From an uncultured Acetatifactor sp. (GTDB lineage Bacteria; Bacillota; Clostridia; Lachnospirales; Lachnospiraceae), in contig CAZKGP010000001.1 in the NCBI GenBank assembly GCA_964552225.1, forward strand, positions 1 through 35,263: a stretch of DNA of 35,263 nucleotides, read 5' to 3'. This document shows positions 27,647 through 35,263 of the stretch, piece after piece (position 1 is the first letter of the stretch; each line of letters starts with the position of its first letter). Under the pieces are notes generated by a model that made no database searches, was not told the DNA's origin, and worked only from the letters and a program-made list of their open reading frames with translations. Made by a program: the position numbers and the translations under genes.

Positions 27647-29929
27647 TTACTTGTGCTCACTCAGATATAATTGTACCCGGTTCTGAATCGTCTGAGCTGT
27701 ATCCTCTGCAGACTTACCTCCTGCAAATAGAGCCGTCATTTCCTCACTCATAATACTATAAATGTCACCTGACAGTTGTTCATCTAAATATCGTACATTG
27801 TCAATCATATAACGAAGTGGCTCCAATTCTTCTTCATCCACAGCATACACTTCGTAGATCACATCATCATCATATATCCACTTCCACACAGGATATTCTA
27901 CTTCATTTAGTGTATTATCTAAAAACATTTTAGGAATTGTAGCCTCCTCAAACCTATCCTCCATCGCCGACCTAAGAGTTGGTAAATAAGATTTTAGGGC
28001 GTAGCTGCCCTGCTGTAATAATACCATATATTCTAAGAAGGCCCAGGCTCCATCTTTTACATCGCTCTGGCTGTTCATAACATATGCTAGAGTAACATTA
28101 CTAATCCCATAGTTAGGTCCTTCAGTTTCAGAAGGATAGCCAATATAATGAATATCACCTTGAAACATTTCCCGATTGAGAAAATAGTCTTTTACGTTGT
28201 CAATTGATCCATCATATAGAAGAAGCTCATCATCCAATAATTTATCTATATAAATCTTGTTGCTATCTTTATATTTTACTTCGTAAGCAGCGGCAAAGCG
28301 GAGAAGTTCTATAAACTCTGGACTATCAAAATGAGCTGTATAGGTATCCCAATCCACATACTTTGCTGATTGAGACTTCATGTTCATCAAAACAATCATC
28401 TCTTTAGATGAATCCAAAGTGCTTCCCTGAAATATTTCAGCACCTTTATGTTCCATTACAAATTTCATAAAGTCCTCAATATTCCAACCAAGAGATTCAC
28501 CTAACAATGATTGTTTTCCAGCCAGAACATTAAGCTGAAATACAGGTGGTATACAGATCAATTGCTCATCAATGGTATTACACCGTAAAACAGACTCTGT
28601 TAAATCATCCCTTGATAATAAGCTGCTTCCTTCCAGATAAGGTGATAAATCCTCCAGAAGTCCTTTTTGTACAAATAGTCTGGGGTCTACAGAATACCAG
28701 GCAATTAAATCTGGTCCCTCGCCTGATATTATTTCAGTTCTTAATCTATCACCCGCTCCATATGCACTAAATTCAACTTGATACTTTAAGTTGCTAGAAT
28801 TGAACAGGCTGACAGCCCTTCTTAGCTCATCTGAAATCTCTTTATCACCAACTTGTATGGTAACAGTCTGCACTTCGGGCAAATCTTCCTTTGCCATCTT
28901 ATTCAAATATACAATTGAATTACGGGATTTTACTTCAGAATCCTTGACAATTGTTAGTAAGCTTTCATCCTGCATAGCATAAATCTGCTTTACACTTTTT
29001 CCAGAAATACCATTATCCGCCCAAAGGAATAATGGTTCGCACTCTGAAGTAAGAGGATTTAAAGAATATAAATATATATTATTACCGTATAATAAGTTTC
29101 CGTCAAGTCCAGCTCCTAGAATACCTGTTCCTGTAGTATCAGGTATGGAAAATTTCTCAGATAGCTTTTTGCCCTTACTATCTACCGTCAAAATCTTATT
29201 TTCATCCAGTTCATGTCTGACAGCATATACAATACCATCTGAGCCGGTACAAATAGTTCTTGGAGGTGTGTCTGCAAGGGAAATACTACTGCTGAGTACT
29301 CCACTATTATCTATTATTTCAATATAACCATTTTCTGCTAAGCTACCAAAATAGATGTTTTCCTCTCCATCTAATGCAGTGTGGGTAACGGGGCTTTTAT
29401 CTTCAGAGCTTTGCAAGGTAACCTTCATTTCCTTATGAGCTTCTGTCATATCAATCTCAGAAAAGATGGTTCCGTCCACTCCTATCTTCCGGACAAAAAT
29501 CTGGCTAGGCATTTCCTCTGTCATGAATGTGTTATAAATATAATGCAACTCACCATTACTATTTGTAAATAAGTCATTCACTGTCCCCATCTCCGTCTCT
29601 AGTAATGGAATAACCTCTGCAGCCGAAGATATACTCTTTAATTCCATAGCCTCATCAGAAAATGCAGTATGTGGTATCCTATAAAGTGTCCGTTCCATGA
29701 AATCAGAAGAGTTGGTAGCGTAATACAAACCATCTGCACCTATCACCACATCAATAAGAATTTCCCCATCATCTAAGTCCAATGACCAGTATCTGTTACG
29801 ATAGACATACTCTTCCCCAAGGGAAAGCTCATTAACTGGTTTGGAAGATGCTTGACTGCAGCCAACAAAAAGAAAGCAAATTACTAATAATAGATATATA
29901 AAATGAAATTTCCTTTTTATTAATAACAT
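27647..29929 (-). CDS. Large extracellular solute-binding lipoprotein (family 1 SBP with a beta-rich N-terminal domain), paralog 1
   Basis: Lipobox FVGC. FN......V, G.GPDLI, GLLEDL.PYL, K.GAWAFL and IQNRVQLYL.E motifs. Confidence 0.85.
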   Translation of the reverse strand: MLLIKRKFHFIYLLLVICFLFVGCSQASSKPVNELSLGEEYVYRNRYWSLDLDDGEILIDVVIGADGLYYATNSSDFMERTLYRIPHTAFSDEAMELKSISSAAEVIPLLETEMGTVNDLFTNSNGELHYIYNTFMTEEMPSQIFVRKIGVDGTIFSEIDMTEAHKEMKVTLQSSEDKSPVTHTALDGEENIYFGSLAENGYIEIIDNSGVLSSSISLADTPPRTICTGSDGIVYAVRHELDENKILTVDSKGKKLSEKFSIPDTTGTGILGAGLDGNLLYGNNIYLYSLNPLTSECEPLFLWADNGISGKSVKQIYAMQDESLLTIVKDSEVKSRNSIVYLNKMAKEDLPEVQTVTIQVGDKEISDELRRAVSLFNSSNLKYQVEFSAYGAGDRLRTEIISGEGPDLIAWYSVDPRLFVQKGLLEDLSPYLEGSSLLSRDDLTESVLRCNTIDEQLICIPPVFQLNVLAGKQSLLGESLGWNIEDFMKFVMEHKGAEIFQGSTLDSSKEMIVLMNMKSQSAKYVDWDTYTAHFDSPEFIELLRFAAAYEVKYKDSNKIYIDKLLDDELLLYDGSIDNVKDYFLNREMFQGDIHYIGYPSETEGPNYGISNVTLAYVMNSQSDVKDGAWAFLEYMVLLQQGSYALKSYLPTLRSAMEDRFEEATIPKMFLDNTLNEVEYPVWKWIYDDDVIYEVYAVDEEELEPLRYMIDNVRYLDEQLSGDIYSIMSEEMTALFAGGKSAEDTAQTIQNRVQLYLSEHK

Positions 29930-30051
29930 TTCATTATCCCCTTTTCATGCCTACTAAGATCATATGTTTTTATTATTGTATCATAGATAATCGATTTTCC
30001 ATATGTAAATATGCATATTAAGATTCTGCTTTATTTAATTCTTTCCTATAC

Positions 30052-30081
30052 AAAAAAAGACCTGATTATTAATCAGGCCTT
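30052..30081 (-). terminator. Intrinsic terminator
   Basis: CCTGATT / AATCAGG stem with a T-run on the minus strand. Confidence 0.7.
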
Positions 30082-30091
30082 AGGGGGAAGA

Positions 30092-30259
30092 TTATTCCCC
30101 ATTTTCACCACCAGGACCGTCTTTACGAGGACGTGTATATTCTGGTAATGGTTCTACAGTTTCATCATTATCTTTATCATCTGGAAGGTCTATTTGAGGA
30201 ATATTCCCATCATCATATGTGCCGTTTGACTTGTTGTTTGGTTCGTTTGATTTATTCAT
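30092..30259 (-). CDS. 55-aa acidic, disordered small protein
   Basis: AAGGATGG RBS, ATG 30259, its own promoter and terminator. Ends PRKDGPGGENGE. Confidence 0.75.
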   Translation of the reverse strand: MNKSNEPNNKSNGTYDDGNIPQIDLPDDKDNDETVEPLPEYTRPRKDGPGGENGE

Positions 30260-30280
30260 AATGCACCATCCTTTCAGGAA

Positions 30281-30310
30281 TAGTATGTACATAACATATG
30301 AATTATATAC
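30281..30310 (-). promoter_or_regulatory. SigG-like promoter
   Basis: GTATA-N18-CATACTA, a full match to the sigG consensus. Confidence 0.7.
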
Positions 30311-30339
30311 ATGTTTATGATAAAGATATTTCCAACAGC

Positions 30340-32616
30340 TTACTTAAACTCGTTCAGATATAATTGTACCCGATTCTGAATCGTTTGAGCAGTATCCTCT
30401 TCAGACTTACCTCCTGAAAATAGAGCCGATATTTCCTCACTTATAATACTATTAATGTCTCCTGACAGTTGTCCATCTAAATATCGTGCATTATCAATCA
30501 TATAACGAAGTGGCTCCAGCTCTGCTTCATCCACAGCATAAACTTCGTATTGAATGTTATCAAAAGTCCCCCTTCTATATAAAGGATGTTCCACTTCAAT
30601 TCCCGCATTATTTAAAAATATTTTAGGAATAGTAGCCTCCTCAAACTTATCATTTAGGGCTGATTTAAGAGTTGGTAAATTAAATCTATTAGCGTGGCTA
30701 CCCTGCTGTAATAATACCAAATATTCCAAGAACGCCCAGGCCCCTTCTTTTACATCGCTCTGGCTATTTATAGCATATGCTAACCAATTACTAATCCCAT
30801 AGTTAGGTCCATCAGTTTCAGAGGGATAGCCAATATAGTGAATATCACCTTGAAACCTCTCACGATTAAGAAGATACTCTTCTACTGTATTTATACCTCT
30901 ATCGTATAGTAGAACCTCTTCTTCCATAATTTTGGCTTCAACAGACTTGTCATTATTTTGGTATTTTACTTCATAGGCAGAGGCAAAGCGGAGGAGTTCC
31001 AGAAACTCAGGACTATCAAAATGAGCTGTATGAGTATCCCAATTCACATACTTTTCAGGTTGGGACCTCATGTTCATCAAAACAATCATCTCCTTAGATG
31101 AATCCAATGTGCCACCCTCAAATATTTCAGCACCGCTATGTTCCATTACAAATGCCATAAAGTCTTCAATGTTCCAATCAATAGAATCACCTAACAATGA
31201 TTGTTTTCCAGCTAGAACATTTAGCTGAAATACAGGTGGTATACAGATCAAATTATCGTCGAAAGTATTACATCGCAAAACAGACTCTGTTAAATCCTCC
31301 CTTGACAATAAGTTGCTTTTTTCTAGATAAGGTGATAAATCCTCCACAAGCCCTTTTTGCATAAATAGTTTGGGTTCTATGGATTGTCTGGAAATTAAAT
31401 CTGGTCCATCACCCGAAATTATTTCAGTAAGCAATCTATCAGATCCATATGCCTTAAATTCAACTTGATAGTTTAAATTGGTTGAATTGAACAGGCTAAC
31501 TGCCATCCTTAGCTCATCTGAAACAAATTTCTCATCAGCCTCTAAAGTAACAATCTGCACTTCAGGCAAATCTTCCTTGGCTATCTTATTCAAATATACA
31601 ATTGCATTACGGGATTTTGCTTCAGAATCCCTGACAATTGTAAGTAAACTTTCATCTTGCATAGCATAAATCTGCTTAACACCTTTTCCTGAAATACCAT
31701 TGTTCGCCCAAAGAAATAATGGTTCACATTCTAAAGTAAGAGGATTTAAATTATATAAATAAACATGATTACCGTATAGCAAATTACCATCGAGTCCAGC
31801 TCCTAAAATACCAATTCCTGTAGTATCTGATACGGATAATTTCTCAGATAGCTTTTTACCCTTACTATCTACCGTCAAAATCTTATTTTCATCCATTTCG
31901 TGCCTAACAGCATATACAATACCATCTGACCCAGTACAAATAGATCTTGGTGGATTGTCTCCAAGGGAAATACTACTGCTGAGTACTCCACTATTATCTA
32001 CCATTTCAATATAACCATTCTCCCCTACGCTACTAAAATAGATGTTCTCCTCTCCATCCAAAGTAATGTGGGTAACGGGACTTTTATCCTCAGCGCCTTG
32101 CAAAGTAAGCTTCATTTCCTTATGTGCTTCAGTAATATCTATCTCAGAAAGGATGGCTCCATCCTCTCCCAACTTTCGCACAAAAAGCTGGCTAGCTGTT
32201 TCCTCTGTCATGTATACGTTATAAATATAGCACAACTCACCATTACTGTTAGTAAATAAGTCACTCAGTGTTCCCATTTCCGCCTCTAATAATGGAATAA
32301 CCTCTGCTGCCGAAGTTATGCCCTTTAATGCCATAGCCTCTTCGGGAAATGCAGTATGAGGTATCCTATAAAGTGTCTGCTTCATGAAATCAGTAGAGTT
32401 GGTAGCATAATACAAACCATCTGCACCTATCACCACATCAATAAGAAGTTCCCCTTCATTTAAGTCTAATGTCCAATATCTGTTGCGGTAAACATACTCA
32501 TCCCCAAGAGAAAGTTCCTTTACTGGTTTGGAAGAGGTTTGACTACATCCAACGAAAAGTAAGCAAACTATTAATATAATATATATAAAATGAAATTTCC
32601 TTTGATTCAATAACAT
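30340..32616 (-). CDS. Large extracellular solute-binding lipoprotein, paralog 2
   Basis: Colinear and highly similar to 27647..29929. Lipobox FVGC. Confidence 0.85.
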   Translation of the reverse strand: MLLNQRKFHFIYIILIVCLLFVGCSQTSSKPVKELSLGDEYVYRNRYWTLDLNEGELLIDVVIGADGLYYATNSTDFMKQTLYRIPHTAFPEEAMALKGITSAAEVIPLLEAEMGTLSDLFTNSNGELCYIYNVYMTEETASQLFVRKLGEDGAILSEIDITEAHKEMKLTLQGAEDKSPVTHITLDGEENIYFSSVGENGYIEMVDNSGVLSSSISLGDNPPRSICTGSDGIVYAVRHEMDENKILTVDSKGKKLSEKLSVSDTTGIGILGAGLDGNLLYGNHVYLYNLNPLTLECEPLFLWANNGISGKGVKQIYAMQDESLLTIVRDSEAKSRNAIVYLNKIAKEDLPEVQIVTLEADEKFVSDELRMAVSLFNSTNLNYQVEFKAYGSDRLLTEIISGDGPDLISRQSIEPKLFMQKGLVEDLSPYLEKSNLLSREDLTESVLRCNTFDDNLICIPPVFQLNVLAGKQSLLGDSIDWNIEDFMAFVMEHSGAEIFEGGTLDSSKEMIVLMNMRSQPEKYVNWDTHTAHFDSPEFLELLRFASAYEVKYQNNDKSVEAKIMEEEVLLYDRGINTVEEYLLNRERFQGDIHYIGYPSETDGPNYGISNWLAYAINSQSDVKEGAWAFLEYLVLLQQGSHANRFNLPTLKSALNDKFEEATIPKIFLNNAGIEVEHPLYRRGTFDNIQYEVYAVDEAELEPLRYMIDNARYLDGQLSGDINSIISEEISALFSGGKSEEDTAQTIQNRVQLYLNEFK

Positions 32617-32665
32617 CGTATTGCCTCCTTCGTGGAGTTTCTTATGGACATTGTAGCATATATCA

Positions 32666-33307
32666 TCAATTTTCCATACATGAATCTACAATTAATTGCT
32701 TTAATTCTTGTGTAGCTTTTATGATATCAGGCTGGTTAACTATGGCTGAAACAATGGCATATCCATCAATTTTAATATCCTTAAATTGTGGTATTGTTTC
32801 TTTATTAATCCCCCCAATAACCACAAGTGGTAATGATATGACTTTACGTATTCTAGTTAATTCTTCGATTGAAGTTGCATCTGCATCTGTTTTAGTGTTG
32901 GTGGAAAACATGGCTCCTATCCCTAAGTAATCTGCTCCCTCTTCAACAGCGGTTAGAGCTTCTGATAAATTGGACGCAGATACCCCTACAATTTTATTAG
33001 GACCAATCAATTTACGAACTTGTTCCACAGGCAAATCATCTTGACCAATATGAACACCATCAGCATCAACTGCTAAGGCAATATCCACTCTGTCATTTAC
33101 AATAAATGGGATATTGAACTTGCTTGTTACTGCTCTTACTTTTCGCGCTGTTTCATAAAAATCTTTTGAAGATAGTTTTTTTTCTCTAAGCTGAATTAAG
33201 GTGCATCCTCCACGTATTGCTTGCTCAACTGAATCTTCAACTGTTTTTGTACTCATTAAATCTCTATCCGTTACAAGATATAAGGAATAATCAATATTAG
33301 GCTTCAA
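32666..33307 (-). CDS. thiE: Thiamine-phosphate synthase
   Basis: [27 protein letters not shown] and IGGI motifs. TTG start at 33307 after AGGAGG. Confidence 0.95.
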   Translation of the reverse strand: MKPNIDYSLYLVTDRDLMSTKTVEDSVEQAIRGGCTLIQLREKKLSSKDFYETARKVRAVTSKFNIPFIVNDRVDIALAVDADGVHIGQDDLPVEQVRKLIGPNKIVGVSASNLSEALTAVEEGADYLGIGAMFSTNTKTDADATSIEELTRIRKVISLPLVVIGGINKETIPQFKDIKIDGYAIVSAIVNQPDIIKATQELKQLIVDSCMEN

Positions 33308-34106
33308 TGAATTTTGCCCTCCTTCTAAGAATCTCATCATCCATATGGCTAATTGCATTATGAAGAGCCAATCTAAAACTTCCATTTCCATAGTCTTTAG
33401 CAAAATCATAAGCCATTTCCCCAGCAATACCCATTGATAATAGAGCTGTTACAGTGCTGTCCATAGGACAATCAGGAACTGCACCACAAAAAGAGCCAAT
33501 CAGAGAGGAACACATACAGCCAGTTCCTGTTATCGTGGAAAGCATAGGGTGACCGTTTTCGATATATATGGTTTTATTACCATCTGAAACAACATCTGTT
33601 TTCCCAGTTATGGCAACAACACATTGCATTTTTTGTGCCAAATTGTAAGCAATGGTTTTAACATTTTCAGTAGCAAGCATATCCGTATCTGAAGCATCTA
33701 CTCCTTTTGTTTCAGATTGTAGGCCTGATATGAATTTGATTTCAGAAATATTACCTCGTATCACAGCAAATTTAATCTCTTTTAAAAGTTCCTTGGCTGT
33801 TTCATTTCGGAAATTGGAAGCGCCAGCTCCAACTGGATCAAATATAACTGGTATTCCTTTTTGGTTAGCCCTCTTACCTGCTGCTATCATGGATAACACA
33901 GTGCGCTCATTAAGAGTCCCCATATTAATTACCAAAGAAGATGCTATCCCAGTAATATCTTCCACTTCTTTTAAGTCATCTGCCATAATTGGTGAAGCCC
34001 CAATTGCTAACGTAATGTTGGCACAATCATTTACTGTTACATAATTCGTTATATGATGCACAAGGGGGTTAATTGTACGAACTTGTTCTATAAAATTACT
34101 ACGCAT
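33297..34106 (-). CDS. thiM: Hydroxyethylthiazole kinase
   Basis: [31 protein letters not shown] and TGTGC motifs. Confidence 0.96.
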   Translation of the reverse strand: MRSNFIEQVRTINPLVHHITNYVTVNDCANITLAIGASPIMADDLKEVEDITGIASSLVINMGTLNERTVLSMIAAGKRANQKGIPVIFDPVGAGASNFRNETAKELLKEIKFAVIRGNISEIKFISGLQSETKGVDASDTDMLATENVKTIAYNLAQKMQCVVAITGKTDVVSDGNKTIYIENGHPMLSTITGTGCMCSSLIGSFCGAVPDCPMDSTVTALLSMGIAGEMAYDFAKDYGNGSFRLALHNAISHMDDEILRRRAKFIEA

Positions 34107-34149
34107 TTTACTCTCCTTCTACCACATCTGTGGTGCAAACAAACACAGT

Positions 34150-34175
34150 GAAGAATGGCTCCAGAGCCATTCTTC
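34150..34175. other. Intra-operon stem-loop between thiD and thiM
   Basis: GAAGAATGGCTC-CA-GAGCCATTCTTC, no U-tract. Confidence 0.6.
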
Positions 34176-34217
34176 GGCGTGAGATTTAGATATTCTTAGG
34201 CGACGTCCTATGGCACC

Positions 34218-35018
34218 TTAGAATATCTTCTCACGCTTCCATAATTCATAAAAGTGGTGGGTCGGGCCATTTCCTTTTCCTATATCCAGTGCATGTTCAA
34301 TAACTGTAGTTACATATTTTTTGGCTTTTTCCACCGCCTGACTAATGGACATTCCAAGGGCAAGATTAGACGCGATTGCGGAAGAATAAGTACATCCTGT
34401 TCCATGAGTATTTTGGGTATCAATACGAGGTGATGTATAATAGAAAAACTCTTCACCATCAAACAAGATATCTGTAGCATCTCCTTCACTATGTCCGCCT
34501 TTTACTAGAACCATTCGGCATCCCATCTTATGTATTATTTGGGCTGCTTTTTCCATATCCTCATGATTATTAATTGTAATTCCAGCTATTTTCTCGGCTT
34601 CTGGAATATTAGGAGTTAACACATCCGCCAATGGCACCACTTCTGATATCAGAGTATTAATAGAATCTGGGTCCATTAGGGGACAACCGTTTTTGGCATA
34701 CATAACAGGATCTATCACAACATTTAAAGGTTTCCACTTTTTTAATCTACCAGCCGTTGCAATCATCCCTTCTCGATTTGACAGCATACCAATTTTCACT
34801 GCATCTGGTGGAATATCTTCAAACACTGCATCAATTTGCTTTTCTATCATATCTGGTCTTACATCTTGAATCTCAATTACACGAAAGGTATTCTCAGCTA
34901 CCACAGAAGCAATCACTGTCATACCATATACACCATGTGCCGAGAACGTTTTTAAATCTGCTTGAATCCCTGCTCCTCCACTACAATCTGAGCCAGCAAT
35001 ACTTAGTACTTTTTTCAT
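34218..35018 (-). CDS. thiD: Hydroxymethylpyrimidine/phosphomethylpyrimidine kinase
   Basis: IAGSD.SGGAGIQADLK, KIGML, DPVM, TPN.PEA, KGGH and HGTGCT motifs. Confidence 0.96.
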   Translation of the reverse strand: MKKVLSIAGSDCSGGAGIQADLKTFSAHGVYGMTVIASVVAENTFRVIEIQDVRPDMIEKQIDAVFEDIPPDAVKIGMLSNREGMIATAGRLKKWKPLNVVIDPVMYAKNGCPLMDPDSINTLISEVVPLADVLTPNIPEAEKIAGITINNHEDMEKAAQIIHKMGCRMVLVKGGHSEGDATDILFDGEEFFYYTSPRIDTQNTHGTGCTYSSAIASNLALGMSISQAVEKAKKYVTTVIEHALDIGKGNGPTHHFYELWKREKIF

Positions 35019-35063
35019 TTTACACTCCTACTTTCCGTGCGCTTTAGCGCACTTTTATTCAAC

Positions 35064-35094
35064 AAAAAAAGATGCCATCCACTAGGAAAGCATC
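35064..35094 (-). terminator. Leader terminator (riboswitch expression platform)
   Basis: GATGC-TT-TCC-TAGT-GGA-TG-GCATC followed by T7, upstream of thiD. Confidence 0.75.
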
Positions 35095-35220
35095 CTCATT
35101 CTCACACTAACGTTCATACTCCAAAGTCTGGTGACTTTGTGCGGAGCTCAAATCACTGTGTGAAAAATATTTTTCACACTATTTACTACGTAACTCCATG
35201 ATATGTTATAAGATGATTTG

Positions 35221-35263
35221 CTTCCCTACGTCGGTCTTAACCAACAGGTTCAAAGGGTCAGGT
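35221..35263 (-). ncRNA. TPP riboswitch, 3' half (truncated by the window edge)
   Basis: Minus strand GACCCTTTGAACCTGTTGGTTAAGACCGACGTAGGGAAG fits the THI-box 3' consensus, upstream of thiDME. Confidence 0.88.

Noticed and set aside
27647..32616. Diversity-generating retroelement template/variable pair
   Set aside because: No reverse transcriptase in the window. Both copies are full genes, and the differences are not confined to adenines or to one short region.
33308..33427. 40-aa N-terminal extension of ThiE in the ORF track
   Set aside because: It overlaps thiM. AGGAGG plus TTG at 33307 gives a normal-length ThiE.
849..35047. Numerous short antisense or alternate-frame ORFs in the track (e.g. 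849..1241, 3020..3364, 13718..14062, 33652..34044, 34757..35047)
   Set aside because: They overlap well-supported genes and lack RBS or motifs. These are shadow ORFs.
35158..35179. Rex or Crp operator
   Set aside because: Half-site spacing is too long for TTGTGAA-N4-TTCACAA or TGTGA-N6-TCACA.

Overview
AT-rich chromosomal window from an endospore-forming clostridial bacterium (Lachnospiraceae-like, inferred from gene content), coded almost entirely on the minus strand. Left to right: a single-domain TsaA/TrmO-like gene behind a MerR-type promoter; two GT-C-like membrane glycosyltransferases; a metallophosphoesterase with an apparently premature TGA; two GNATs; a tag glycosylase; an ABC exporter with its two-component system; and a three-gene defence cassette (5mC methyltransferase, HaeIII-family endonuclease, 737-aa RloC/PrrC-like ABC ATPase with a possible divergent HEPN tail). 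Next come probable sporulation genes with sigK/sigG-like promoters (YmaF, DUF2935, small proteins, an RD-repeat protein), YyaL, a PAS chemoreceptor, redox genes, lemA-TPM-ku-ligD followed by a 146-bp GC-rich nested palindrome, two tandem paralogous solute-binding lipoproteins, and a TPP-riboswitch-controlled thiDME operon. No CRISPR array, tRNA, rRNA, integrase or transposase was seen. The best novelty candidates are the R-M + ATPase cassette and the palindrome. All family calls come from motif recognition, not database searches.
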